Positions 32,454 to 42,238 of a stretch of 64,000 nucleotides of DNA are shown here, in pieces. The translations under genes were made by a program, and so were the position numbers. How positions within the stretch are numbered: position 1 is the first letter of the stretch; every line of letters starts with the position of its first letter. Origin of the DNA: Candidatus Omnitrophota bacterium (GTDB taxonomy: Bacteria > Omnitrophota > Gorgyraeia > Gygaellales > Profunditerraquicolaceae); assembly GCA_029571225.1 (NCBI GenBank), contig JAKPTF010000097.1, positions 417 to 64,416 on the forward strand, in the 5' to 3' direction. The notes beneath the pieces are model-generated. The model did no database searches. It saw only the letters and a program-made list of their open reading frames with translations, and was not told the origin of the DNA.

Positions 32454-33683
32454 ATGAAGAACGTATTGAGCGTCATACTCGGCGGGGGCAGGGGGACGCG
32501 CCTGTACCCTTTAACCAAATACCGCGCAAAGCCGGCTGTGCCTCTCGCCGGGAAATACAGGCTTATCGACATTCCAATAAGCAATTGCCTGAACTCCGGC
32601 CTGCAGAAGATATTCGTTTTGACCCAGTTCAATTCGGTATCCCTGAACCGGCACATTTTCCGCGCGTATAAATTCGATACATTCTCTCAGGGTTACGTCG
32701 AGATCCTCGCCGCGGAGCAGAGTATGGAGCACGGGGACTGGTTCCAGGGGTCTGCCGACGCCGTGCGGAAATGCCTGCGCCATTTCTCGGATCCGCGCAT
32801 CGAATATATCCTGATCCTTTCCGGAGACCAGCTGTATAAGATGAATTTCATCTCGATGCTTAATTTTCATTTCGAGAAACGCTCGGATATCACTATCGCA
32901 TGCAATCCGGTTGAGCCCGAAGAGACGCGCGATCTGGGGATCATGGGAATCGATAAGACACGCCGCATCAGGCGTTTTATCGAGAAGCCCGGCCATAAGA
33001 AAGAGATCGCCGGGATGGAGATTGAGTCCGAAGGCAGAAAAAAATACCTCGCGTCCATGGGGATCTACATCTTCAAGAAGGAGGTCCTGACAGAGTTGCT
33101 GACCTCCAGCAACAAAGCGGATTTCGGCAAAGAGGTCATCCCCGACGCGCTCGCCCAACGCCGCGCCTTTGCCTATGTGCACACAGGATACTGGAAGGAC
33201 ATTGGATCTATCACTTCGTTCTACGAAGAGAACATGGCCTTTACCCGGGCGAGGCCGCCCATAGACCTGTTTGATGAGAAATGGCCGTTCTTCACCAGGC
33301 CCAGGTATCTGCCTCTTTCAAAGATCAGCGATGCCGTGATCAAGGATTCGGATATCGCCGAAGGCACGGTCATCGCCTCGGCCGAGGTCCGCCGTTCGAT
33401 CATCGGCCTGCGCAGCAGGATCGGCGGAGGGTCGCGTATCGAGGATTCGATCATCATGGGCAACGATTATTATGACAACAGCCGTCAGGCCCCAACTCTG
33501 GGCATAGGAAAAAACTGCCACATACGCAAGGCCATCATAGACAAGAACGTGCGCATGGGGGACAATGTGAGGATTATAAACCGCGACAGGCTCGTTGATT
33601 TCGAAAATGAGTTTTGCGTGATCCGCAACGGGATCGTCATCATCCCTAAGGCCGCGGTCATACCGTCGGGAACGGTGATCTGA
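32454..33683 (+). CDS. glgC: Glucose-1-phosphate adenylyltransferase
   Basis: ILGGGRGTRLYPLTKYRAKPAVPLAGKYRLIDIPISNCLNSG and a C-terminal left-handed beta-helix repeat region. Confidence 0.9.
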   Translation: MKNVLSVILGGGRGTRLYPLTKYRAKPAVPLAGKYRLIDIPISNCLNSGLQKIFVLTQFNSVSLNRHIFRAYKFDTFSQGYVEILAAEQSMEHGDWFQGSADAVRKCLRHFSDPRIEYILILSGDQLYKMNFISMLNFHFEKRSDITIACNPVEPEETRDLGIMGIDKTRRIRRFIEKPGHKKEIAGMEIESEGRKKYLASMGIYIFKKEVLTELLTSSNKADFGKEVIPDALAQRRAFAYVHTGYWKDIGSITSFYEENMAFTRARPPIDLFDEKWPFFTRPRYLPLSKISDAVIKDSDIAEGTVIASAEVRRSIIGLRSRIGGGSRIEDSIIMGNDYYDNSRQAPTLGIGKNCHIRKAIIDKNVRMGDNVRIINRDRLVDFENEFCVIRNGIVIIPKAAVIPSGTVI

Positions 33684-33691
33684 AAATATGC

Positions 33692-33720
33692 TTGCTATGG
33701 AGCGTAAAATTTCATATAAT
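33692..33720 (+). promoter_or_regulatory. Putative promoter of the glucan phosphorylase gene
   Basis: TTGCTA (33692-33697), 17-nt spacer, TATAAT (33715-33720). Confidence 0.5.
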
Positions 33721-33752
33721 ACTGTGCCACAGACAACAAAAGGGGTTGGCGC

Positions 33753-35762
33753 ATGCCTGGCAAGCAATTATTAACGGAATTCCTCTCGCTTGTACAGATC
33801 GACGGATTCGAGGACGTATTCATCAACGATATCGTCCACGACAAGTTTTTCGGCCTGCCTTTGGAACCCATCATCGCGGCGGAAAAACGCCTGCGCGATC
33901 CCGCCAGCCGTTCCATTGCGTATTTTTCCATGGAATACGGCCTTGCCACGAGCTTCTATAATAAATTCTCCGCGACAAAGCCCCTGCATTATAATAACAA
34001 GATACAGGAGACGGAGGTCTTTTCGAACTTCCGGCTCGCCGATTATTTCTTCACCCTTAAGACGGATTCTATCATAGACCTTCCTATATATAGCGGCGGG
34101 CTGGGTGTCCTCGCGGGGGACACGGTCAAGACCATGGCGGATTATAAGCTCCCTGTCGTGGCGATCGGCATGCTCTGGAACACCGGTTATTTCAGGCAGA
34201 AATTCTGGTTCAAATACGGCCAGATGCCCGAAGCGATGCACTGGGACCTGTATTCGTATCCCGGTCTGATCCCCCTCAAGAACAAGGTCAAGATATCTCT
34301 GAAGGACGAGGAGATATACCTTCGTTTATGGAAATATTACGTCTACAGCTACCGGCACGACGCAGTCGTGCCTTTGATCCTTCTGGATTCCAACGCCAAT
34401 GAGAACATCGAGAAGAACAGGCGGCTTACCGATCAGCTTTACCGCAGCGACAACAACTGGATCAAGATCATGCAGCGGGTCATCCTGGGCATGGGCGGAG
34501 TAGCTGCCCTTAAGGAGCTGGGCTATCAGATCGACCTGTTCCATCTTAATGAAGGCCATGCGGTCTTCGCGTTCGTTGAAAAAGCCCGCGGCCTTCCTGC
34601 CGAGGGTGTCAGGGACCTTAAAAGGCATTTCGTTTACACCTGCCATACTCCCGTTGACGCGGGCCATGACCGTTTTCCGTCGGACGAATTGAACCGTATA
34701 TTGAAACGGGAGGATTTCGAGATCACCGATACGTTCGGCAGGGATAAAGGCGGTGTCATCAATCTCACCCTGCTGTCCATGAACATTGCTTCGTGCATTA
34801 ACGCCGTTTCGCATAATCATCAGAAGGTCATGCATATCCAGTTTCCAAAATACAAAGAACAGATCAAATACGTGACAAACGGCGTGCATTCCCATACCTG
34901 GATGTCTGACCGTTTCAAGGGAGTTTTTGAAAAATTTGCAAAAGAATTCGGGGACGTCAGGGCAAATCCTATGGCGCTCTCAAGGGCGCGGGACCTGCGA
35001 GCGAACAGGGACTTCCGTCAGGCGGTCTGGGATGCCCATCAGGCGAACAAACAGGACCTGTGCGACCTGCTGGGGAAATGGAAGCTTGACAAGGACGCCT
35101 TCACGATCTGCTGGGCCCGGCGCGTCGCCGCATATAAACGGCCGAGCCTGATCCTGCAGGATGTCAAAGCGCTTGTTGAGATCGGGAAAAAATTCGGCCA
35201 GGTCCAGATAATATTCGCCGGAAAAGCGCATCCGAACGATAACCTCGGGTTTACCTTCATCAACGAGATGCTCGACCGCGTCGACGAGCTGACCGATGTA
35301 TATGATTATCTGCGGTTCATAATGCTGGAGAATTACGAGATCTCGACTGCCAAAATGCTTGTCTCGGGCGTGGACGTGTGGCTGAACAACCCTTTGCCGC
35401 CTTTCGAGGCGTCGGGCACCAGCGGCATGAAGGCGATTATGAACGCGGTGGTCCAGGTTTCGACGATCGACGGCTGGATTGCCGAGGCGACCGAAATGGA
35501 TATCGGGCGGCTGTTCGGGTATGTCAACGAAGAGGGGACGATCGGCAACGAGCACGATCTGCACATGCGCGAGGATTCGGTCATGCTCTACAAGGCCCTT
35601 GAAGAGATGGTCTCATTGTATTATCAGTCCAACAGGAATGGGGTTATGGACGTATCCTCCGCCTGGATAGACCTCATGATCAACTGCCTGGCCGCGTCAG
35701 CCCGATTCAATACGTATCGCATGCTCGATCAGTATAAATCACTTGTCTGGAACATCCCATAG
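33753..35762 (+). CDS. glgP: Alpha-glucan phosphorylase (GT35, short 'alpha-glucan family' type)
   Basis: YFSMEYGL, GGLGVLAGD and EASGTSGMK (PLP-Lys motif). 669 aa. Confidence 0.85.
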   Translation: MPGKQLLTEFLSLVQIDGFEDVFINDIVHDKFFGLPLEPIIAAEKRLRDPASRSIAYFSMEYGLATSFYNKFSATKPLHYNNKIQETEVFSNFRLADYFFTLKTDSIIDLPIYSGGLGVLAGDTVKTMADYKLPVVAIGMLWNTGYFRQKFWFKYGQMPEAMHWDLYSYPGLIPLKNKVKISLKDEEIYLRLWKYYVYSYRHDAVVPLILLDSNANENIEKNRRLTDQLYRSDNNWIKIMQRVILGMGGVAALKELGYQIDLFHLNEGHAVFAFVEKARGLPAEGVRDLKRHFVYTCHTPVDAGHDRFPSDELNRILKREDFEITDTFGRDKGGVINLTLLSMNIASCINAVSHNHQKVMHIQFPKYKEQIKYVTNGVHSHTWMSDRFKGVFEKFAKEFGDVRANPMALSRARDLRANRDFRQAVWDAHQANKQDLCDLLGKWKLDKDAFTICWARRVAAYKRPSLILQDVKALVEIGKKFGQVQIIFAGKAHPNDNLGFTFINEMLDRVDELTDVYDYLRFIMLENYEISTAKMLVSGVDVWLNNPLPPFEASGTSGMKAIMNAVVQVSTIDGWIAEATEMDIGRLFGYVNEEGTIGNEHDLHMREDSVMLYKALEEMVSLYYQSNRNGVMDVSSAWIDLMINCLAASARFNTYRMLDQYKSLVWNIP

Positions 35763-35763
35763 T

Positions 35764-36513
35764 ATGCGGTTTCCCCCAGCCATCCTTGCCGTCCTGCCGA
35801 TTATTGCGTGTTCCTGCGCGCGTGCGCCCGTAATCCCGAGCACACCGTATTCCACAGGCCCGGCTTATTCGGGGCCGTCAGCCCCGGCCATGCGCCAGGA
35901 CATGTATCATGTCGTGGGCCCTTCCGAAACGCTCTGGCGCATCAGCAAAATGTACGACGTGAAGATCGAAGACATCATGCGCGCCAACGGCCTCTCTAGC
36001 AGAGAAGTCCTTGCCCGCGGACAGCGCCTTCTGATACCCCGCGCGGCTCCCTTGCGGCCGGTTATAGCACTTTATCCTTCGTCAAAATGGAAGTATATCA
36101 TAATCCATCACAGCGCGACCGACGAAGGCACCGCCAATTCGCTGTTCGATCTGCACAACCGGCGCGGGTTCGACGGCCTCGGATATGATTTCATTATCGA
36201 TAACGGGACCGGCGGGAAACAAGACGGCCAGATCGAGGTGTCCGGGCGCTGGGTAAAACAGATAGACGGGGCGCATTGCCGGGCCGCGGGCATGAACCAT
36301 CAGGGCATAGGCATCTGTTTGGTGGGCAATTTCAGCAGGGAGCGGGTGTCCCAGAAACAAATGGATTCGCTGGTCTATCTGGTAGATCTTCTGCGCAAGT
36401 ATTACAGTGTGCCCAGAAGCCGTATTCTCGGCCACGGCCAGGTGCCGGGCGCAGCGACCGAGTGCCCGGGGCTGAAGTTTCCCTGGGACGAATTCTGGTC
36501 TAAATTGAAATAA
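35764..36513 (+). CDS. LysM-domain N-acetylmuramoyl-L-alanine amidase (Amidase_2/AmpD-like) lipoprotein
   Basis: Lipobox IIACSC. LysM YHVVGPSETLWRISKMYDVKIEDIMRANGL. Amidase_2 IIIHHSAT...GYDFIIDNG...HCRAAGMNHQGIGICLVGNF. Confidence 0.8.
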   Translation: MRFPPAILAVLPIIACSCARAPVIPSTPYSTGPAYSGPSAPAMRQDMYHVVGPSETLWRISKMYDVKIEDIMRANGLSSREVLARGQRLLIPRAAPLRPVIALYPSSKWKYIIIHHSATDEGTANSLFDLHNRRGFDGLGYDFIIDNGTGGKQDGQIEVSGRWVKQIDGAHCRAAGMNHQGIGICLVGNFSRERVSQKQMDSLVYLVDLLRKYYSVPRSRILGHGQVPGAATECPGLKFPWDEFWSKLK

Positions 36514-36534
36514 CGGAGGGAGTCTTTTTATTCT

Positions 36535-36563
36535 TTGAACTTTGACTGAAAGTGTGATATACT
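36535..36563 (+). promoter_or_regulatory. Putative promoter of the signalling operon
   Basis: TTGAAC (36535-36540), 17-nt spacer, TGA-TATACT extended -10 (36555-36563). It is flanked by the short inverted repeat ctttgaa...ttcaaag. Confidence 0.5.
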
Positions 36564-36640
36564 TTTTTCAAAGTGCGGCTTTACGACAGGAGTGAAAGGT
36601 GGCTCCGGACAAACATACGCATACAGCCCGCAGAATGGTA

Positions 36641-36664
36641 CCCAGGATATCCTCCTGGGTTTTT
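36641..36664 (+). promoter_or_regulatory. Terminator-like hairpin in the leader of the signalling operon
   Basis: Perfect 7-bp stem cccagga/tcctggg, 5-nt loop, then TTTTT. It ends 17 nt before ATG 36682. Confidence 0.45.
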
Positions 36665-36681
36665 CTATTGTTGGGGGAAAT

Positions 36682-37440
36682 ATGCCCGATAAGATATTGA
36701 TCGTCGATGATGATGCGGAATTCCGGTCAGAGCTGCGGTCGGCGCTTGATTGTTATCAGGTGGTAGAGGCATCCAGCGGCAAAGACGCCATGCATCTTCT
36801 GCGCAAGCCCAATGACATAGACGTGGTGCTTCTTGACGTTATGATGCCCGGTTTAAGCGGGACCGAGGTCCTACGGGAAATAAAGCGTTTGTCTCCCGAC
36901 CTGTCTATCGTCATGCTGACCGGCTACAGCTCAAAGGATGTAGCCGTGGAATCTTTGAAGGGCCACGCGGACGAATATATCGAAAAACCCCCGGATATCG
37001 ATAAGACCAAGGAGATCATCGATCGCCTGCTACAGAAGAAGCGGGGCGGCCCTGATGCGTGCGCTTACAGCCGCGAGGACAAGATCGAGCAGGTCAAGAG
37101 GTTCGTCGAACGCAACTACCAGAAAAAGGTGACGCTGAAGGACGCGGCGCAAGCGGTGTTTTTAAGCCCCAAATATCTCAGCAGGATTTTCAAGGAACAA
37201 ACGCGTATGGGGTTCAACGACTATAAACTTCGATTCGTTTTGATCCGCGCCAAAGAATTGCTCTCCAGGACCGGATTTACCATAAACCAGATATCCGACC
37301 AGATGGGGTATCAGAACGCCGAATCGTTCATACGGATCTTCGAGAAACTTACTGGCATGACCCCTACCGGATACCGCAAGCAATGCAGGCTTCGCAGACA
37401 AAAAATCCGCAATAACTCCTCGAAACGAAAGATAAGGTGA
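36682..37440 (+). CDS. Response regulator, REC + AraC-type HTH
   Basis: ILIVDDD, VLLDVMMPG, MLTG and IEKP form a canonical receiver. The C-terminus has an AraC HTH (ISDQMGYQNAESFIRIFEKLTGMTPTGYR). Confidence 0.85.
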   Translation: MPDKILIVDDDAEFRSELRSALDCYQVVEASSGKDAMHLLRKPNDIDVVLLDVMMPGLSGTEVLREIKRLSPDLSIVMLTGYSSKDVAVESLKGHADEYIEKPPDIDKTKEIIDRLLQKKRGGPDACAYSREDKIEQVKRFVERNYQKKVTLKDAAQAVFLSPKYLSRIFKEQTRMGFNDYKLRFVLIRAKELLSRTGFTINQISDQMGYQNAESFIRIFEKLTGMTPTGYRKQCRLRRQKIRNNSSKRKIR

Positions 37441-40199
37441 ACAGGGCTCAAAAAAAGGGGGCGGATGGGATGCGCGACCCAAAGGCAAAATGGTTCTCTG
37501 ACCGCGGCAATCCGAAGCGCCGGAGTTCCGCGCGCCTTCAGGCCGAGATGATTGATGAACTCAAGGCCCTCCTTGACGTCGATCGCGATATTATCATCAT
37601 CCGCGACATGGAGGGCCGTATTGTTTTCTGGAACCGCGGGGCGCAGGATGTCTTCGGCTGGGAAAAGGATTACGCTGTCGGCAGGCTCTACAGCGAGCTG
37701 GAGGGCATCAGGTATCCATGTCCGGCAGAGGAGATCATGCGCTGTCTTGACAGAGAGGGCAGATGGGAGGGAGAGATTACGTATGCCCCCGAGGGCCGCG
37801 ATCCGGTGTATCTTGAAAGCAGGTTGTGCGTGCAGAAGGATGATGCGGGGGTCCCGATCGGTATCATGGAGGTCCATAACAATATTTCAGACCGCAGGAA
37901 GGCTGAAAGACTCCTGCGAGCAAGCGAAGCGCACTACCGTTTGCTAACCGATAATATATCGGATATCGTGGGTATCATCGACCGGAATATGCATTTCACC
38001 TTTGTCGGCAGCAATGCAAGCCGTCTGGTAGGTTTTACCGCGGATGAGGTGATGCGCAGGGACGTTTCGGGCATGTTGACCCCTGAATCGTTCGAGCACG
38101 CCCGTAAGATTATTGCCCATCAATTCGAGATAGACGGTAGGCCTGGCCAGGATCCTGACAGGAGTTTCCTGATCGAGGTAGAGATTCTGACAAAAAACGG
38201 TGAGGCCAGGCTTTTCGAGCTGAAGGTAAACTTCATCCGCGACGAAGCGGGTGCCCCTGCGAGCCTCCTGGGCATCGGCCGCGATATAACGGCCCACAAG
38301 GCGTTAGAAAGGAAGCTTAAGGAAAACGAGAACCTATACCACTCTTTTTTGAAAAACTTTCCGGGCATTGCGTATCGCGGCCTGATAGACGGATCTGTCC
38401 TGTTCTTTGAAGGCCGGGTTGAGGAGATTACGGGGTATCGCGGCGATGATTTTTCCGCATCCAGGGTCCGCTGGAAGGACCTTATATTCCCGGAAGACCT
38501 GCCGGGAATACGGCAGTCGTGGGACCGGATCCACGAAGAGGCAGGTTGTTCCCTTGAGCGCGAATACCGCATTATTCGCAAGGACCGCCAGGTCAGATGG
38601 GTCCGTGAGCATATCCAGAACAGATCCGATGATTCCGGCAAGCCGGCCTTTGTGGAAGGCGTTATCCAGGATATAACCGATCTTAAGAAATCATATGAAG
38701 AACAGCTGTGGCTGGCGTCTTTCCCTGAACTGGACCCCCATCCGGTCGTAGAAGCCGATATCGCCGGAAATGTGTATTATATGTCCCCTGCCGCACTTGC
38801 CCTTTTCCCTGACCTTGCGGCCAAAGGCCTCAAACACGGCTATCTGTCGGGAGCCGGATGGATTCTTGACCGGATCAAGACCGAGAAACGTGAGCCCTTC
38901 ACGCGCGAGGTCGAGGTAAACGGCCTCTGGTACTTGCAGAAGATTTTTGCCGTAGAGAATGGCACGCGGTTGAGAATATACGGATCGGATATAAGCGAAA
39001 GCAAGCTGATAACCCAGCGCCTGCGCGCGGTCAATCAACAACTGATGGATATCATAGACTTCCTGCCTGACGCGACGTTCGTCGTCGACCGGCACAGGCG
39101 CATCATCGCCTGGAACAGGGCGCTGGAAGAGATGACCGGCGCGAAAAAAGAGGAGATGGTTGGCAGGGGGGACTACGCATACGCGGTCCCGTTTTACGGC
39201 AAGGCTCGGCCGATTGCGCTCGATCTGCTCTTTGAACCCGATAAAGAGACAGAATCCCTATATACGTATGTAAAAAGAAAAGATACCCGCCTTGTAGCCG
39301 AAGTTTTCTTGCCCAGGCTCAATCACGGCAAGGGTCTTTTTGTATGGGTTAATGTCGCGCCTTTCTACGACGAGAAAGGCGCGCTCATAGGCGCTATCGA
39401 ATCCATCCGCGATATCACGGAGCATAAAGAGGCGGAGGCGATCCTGCGCCAGGACCGCCAGGCGTTCGAGCAGCTGGTAAAGAGCAAGACCGAGGAGCTG
39501 CTGCGTGTGCAGAAGGAACTGGCGGATTCCAGGCATCTCTCCGAGATCGGCGCGCTGGCGGCGACCATCGCGCATGAACTGCGCAATCCCCTGGCTGCGA
39601 TCAGGACAGCAGCCTACAACATCCGGCGGAAATCCGCAGACAGCAGGCTTGCGAGCCATCTGGACAATATAGACAAAAAGATCATAGAAAGCGATCAGAT
39701 CATTAATAATCTTCTGTCATATTCCCGCATCAAGACGCCCAGGCTCGAGGCGGTCAGGATCCGTATGATTCTGGAGGAGTGTCTGAAGGCAGCCGCTGAC
39801 CGTTTTGCCAAGTATAAGGTTAAGGTACGGCTGAAATGTGCCTGCGGGAAAGATGATATGATCCTCGCCGATCCTTTACATATGAGGGAGTTGTTCAATA
39901 ATATCCTCAACAACGCATATGAGGCGCTTGAAAACAAGAAAGGTATCATCACGATCACGGCCGATTATGAGCCCAGGAGCGTTTTTACGGTTTCTTTCAC
40001 GGATAACGGGGCCGGCATAAGCCCCGACATCCTGGAAAAAATATCGCGGCCTTTCTTTACGACAAAATCAAAAGGCACGGGGTTGGGCCTGGCCGTATGC
40101 CATCAGCTGCTTGCTTTGCATAACGGCAGCATGCAGATCAAGAGCGCGATAGGAAAGGGAACAACCGTGACCGTTACCCTGCCCGTAGGTATCCAATGA
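37437..40199 (+). CDS. Cytoplasmic sensor histidine kinase with about five PAS-like domains
   Basis: GTGA overlap with the upstream gene. Repeated PAS patterns. H-box IAHELRNPLAAI, N-box NNILNNAYEA, G1 DNGAGI, G2 GTGLGLAV. 920 aa with no TM helix. Confidence 0.85.
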   Translation: MNRAQKKGADGMRDPKAKWFSDRGNPKRRSSARLQAEMIDELKALLDVDRDIIIIRDMEGRIVFWNRGAQDVFGWEKDYAVGRLYSELEGIRYPCPAEEIMRCLDREGRWEGEITYAPEGRDPVYLESRLCVQKDDAGVPIGIMEVHNNISDRRKAERLLRASEAHYRLLTDNISDIVGIIDRNMHFTFVGSNASRLVGFTADEVMRRDVSGMLTPESFEHARKIIAHQFEIDGRPGQDPDRSFLIEVEILTKNGEARLFELKVNFIRDEAGAPASLLGIGRDITAHKALERKLKENENLYHSFLKNFPGIAYRGLIDGSVLFFEGRVEEITGYRGDDFSASRVRWKDLIFPEDLPGIRQSWDRIHEEAGCSLEREYRIIRKDRQVRWVREHIQNRSDDSGKPAFVEGVIQDITDLKKSYEEQLWLASFPELDPHPVVEADIAGNVYYMSPAALALFPDLAAKGLKHGYLSGAGWILDRIKTEKREPFTREVEVNGLWYLQKIFAVENGTRLRIYGSDISESKLITQRLRAVNQQLMDIIDFLPDATFVVDRHRRIIAWNRALEEMTGAKKEEMVGRGDYAYAVPFYGKARPIALDLLFEPDKETESLYTYVKRKDTRLVAEVFLPRLNHGKGLFVWVNVAPFYDEKGALIGAIESIRDITEHKEAEAILRQDRQAFEQLVKSKTEELLRVQKELADSRHLSEIGALAATIAHELRNPLAAIRTAAYNIRRKSADSRLASHLDNIDKKIIESDQIINNLLSYSRIKTPRLEAVRIRMILEECLKAAADRFAKYKVKVRLKCACGKDDMILADPLHMRELFNNILNNAYEALENKKGIITITADYEPRSVFTVSFTDNGAGISPDILEKISRPFFTTKSKGTGLGLAVCHQLLALHNGSMQIKSAIGKGTTVTVTLPVGIQ

Positions 40200-40594
40200 A
40201 AAAGCCCAGGATATTGCTCGTAGATGATGATGAAGAGATCTGCGAAGAGATCGGAGGACTTCTTAAAGATTCAGGATTCAAAATCATGATCGCACATGAA
40301 GGCAGCGCCGCCGTCAGGCTGCTCGAAGGCAATAGCTTTGATCTATTGATCCTTGATCTGAAAGTGCCCGGGATGTCAGGTATCGAGATACTCCGGCATG
40401 TCAGGGGCAGGCGCCTGCCCGTCAAGGTCCTGATTGTGACCGGTAAACCGTTGAAAGACATGTATGAACAGGACGAATCTCCGCTACCCGAAGATCCAGA
40501 GCAGGATGAACTGTTCCAGTTAGCCGACGGCTTTGTCGGAAAACCGTTTGAAATTGAGGTTCTGCTTGCCCGCATCAAAACGCTCACCTTATAA
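40196..40594 (+). CDS. Single-domain response regulator (REC only)
   Basis: ATGA overlap with the upstream gene. ILLVDDD, LLILDLKVPG, IVTG and GKPF, with an acidic insertion before the last strand. Confidence 0.85.
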   Translation: MKKPRILLVDDDEEICEEIGGLLKDSGFKIMIAHEGSAAVRLLEGNSFDLLILDLKVPGMSGIEILRHVRGRRLPVKVLIVTGKPLKDMYEQDESPLPEDPEQDELFQLADGFVGKPFEIEVLLARIKTLTL

Positions 40595-40721
40595 AGGCAA
40601 CCCGGGTAGAAAAAAGTCAGAAAAAAGGTGAAACCTGCCATAGACAACCCTCAGTATGTAATTTAATATATGTAAGTCGGAGTTATATATCTTTTTAAAA
40701 TTAGAGCGAAAGGATTGCCAA

Positions 40722-41111
40722 ATGGCCCAAAAAAGCATCCTTATAGTTGATGACGATCCGGAGTTCCTCCAGGAAATGCAGGAAACGCTGCGGCTCAGCG
40801 GGTATAAGGTGGATTCCCTGGACAGGGCAAATTCCGTTGTGGACCACGCGGCAAAAAATCCTCCAGACCTTATTCTGCTGGACTTGAAAATGTCCGGCAT
40901 GACCGGGTTTGAAGTTATCAAAGGCCTGCGGGGATCTCCCCGGACCGCTCAAATACCGATCATTGCGATGTCCGGGTATTTCAGTGAGCAGAAGGATTGC
41001 ACATTATTCGATTTTTTCCAGATAAAGCAATGCCTCCAGAAACCGTTTCATCCGCTTGATGTGATATCCCATATCGAAAGCACGCTTAAAGATGCCGACA
41101 TCTCTATCTGA
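40722..41111 (+). CDS. Single-domain response regulator (REC only)
   Basis: ILIVDDD, LILLDLKMSG, AMSG and QKPF. Paralogue of the gene at 42239-42616. Confidence 0.85.
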   Translation: MAQKSILIVDDDPEFLQEMQETLRLSGYKVDSLDRANSVVDHAAKNPPDLILLDLKMSGMTGFEVIKGLRGSPRTAQIPIIAMSGYFSEQKDCTLFDFFQIKQCLQKPFHPLDVISHIESTLKDADISI

Positions 41112-42222
41112 ACCGCCACCCTGTGCGTATCATGCATGCGCCCCGCAGGAGAGACAGCGTATTAATGAGCTCACCAGGAGCTTTGTAAAAGGGTCCCTGA
41201 GGATCCTGATGAGGGCCCTCGGTTCCGGGGCAGGGGCACTTTTCCTTTTCGATCCTGAAGCGCGTTCGCTTGTCCTTGAATCTTTCCTCGGAAGTTTGCC
41301 GGATAGCGCTGTGAGGTATTCCTGGCCGGGTAGAAGGCCGTGTTTGTCGATCCCGCTTCTTGCCGGAGGGTATTTGTTCGGCCTGGTGAAAATCGGAACC
41401 CGGCAGGACGGCGCAAGATTCTCGGCCCAGGACCTGCGGTATGCCAGCACGCTGTGCGGATATATCTGCAGAATAGTAGAGGACCAGTTACGCTTCAGTC
41501 TCCAGCGCGGCGAGCTCGATAGAGCCCGTTGCGAAAAGATGGCGCTTGAAAAATATGCTTCGGTCGGCAGCCTCGCTGCGGGTATCGTGGGCCAGATCAA
41601 CAGCCCCCTTGACGCCGCGCTTCGTTACACCGGCCTTGTGCGCCCGCATCTCGACTTTGACGGTCGCGGCTCCGAATATCTGTCCCTGGTGCGCGCCGGC
41701 CTTGAACATATTTCTGATATTACCGCATCGCTATCCGGCCTGTACGCTTTGCCTGGTGACCCTGCGGTTACCCTGGACGTCGTTGATATTCATGGCCTGA
41801 TCGATGAGGCGGTTTCGGTGTTCCGCAGTCAGCGCCGGCATCAGGTGAGGATCAACGTCTGTCACGGCGGGCCGCTGCTGGTCCGCGCTGACAGGGCGCT
41901 GCGCCATGTTTTCACCAATATCATCAAAAATGCCTTTGAGGCGATGCCCGGCGGCGGCGAACTGAACATCAGCTCCGAGATCAAACAGGCAGGGCTGCAG
42001 ATCGTGTTTCATGATACGGGATGCGGCATAACGAGCCATGATCAAAAGAGGCTTTTTGAGCCTTTTTTCACGACAAAACCGGAAAAAGCCGGCAACGGGA
42101 TCGGCCTTTCGTTCTGCAAGGATATCATAGAGCGCTACGGCGGGCGTATCGTCGTAAAAAGTGCTCCTGGTGAGGGAAGCACGTTTACCGTTCTGTTTCC
42201 CAGGTCTGTGCTTGTACAGTAG
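41092..42222 (+). CDS. GAF-like + histidine-kinase-like protein lacking the phospho-accepting His (pseudo-kinase with an intact ATP-binding domain)
   Basis: The H-box position reads LAAGIVGQINSPL instead of ..AHEI.NPL (Gly codon at 41590-41592). The N-box (NIIKNAFEAM), G1 (HDTGCGI), F (FEPFFTTK) and G2 (GNGIGLS) are intact. The start is uncertain (41092 or downstream). Confidence 0.7.
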   Translation: MPTSLSEPPPCAYHACAPQERQRINELTRSFVKGSLRILMRALGSGAGALFLFDPEARSLVLESFLGSLPDSAVRYSWPGRRPCLSIPLLAGGYLFGLVKIGTRQDGARFSAQDLRYASTLCGYICRIVEDQLRFSLQRGELDRARCEKMALEKYASVGSLAAGIVGQINSPLDAALRYTGLVRPHLDFDGRGSEYLSLVRAGLEHISDITASLSGLYALPGDPAVTLDVVDIHGLIDEAVSVFRSQRRHQVRINVCHGGPLLVRADRALRHVFTNIIKNAFEAMPGGGELNISSEIKQAGLQIVFHDTGCGITSHDQKRLFEPFFTTKPEKAGNGIGLSFCKDIIERYGGRIVVKSAPGEGSTFTVLFPRSVLVQ

Positions 42223-42238
42223 GAAAGGGGCGTGTGAG

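Noticed and set aside
36572-36681. Possible c-di-GMP riboswitch upstream of an operon that ends in a GGDEF gene
   Set aside because: I could not find the GEMM-I/II conserved cores by eye. Only a generic hairpin plus U-tract is supportable, and it is reported as such. An Infernal scan is needed.
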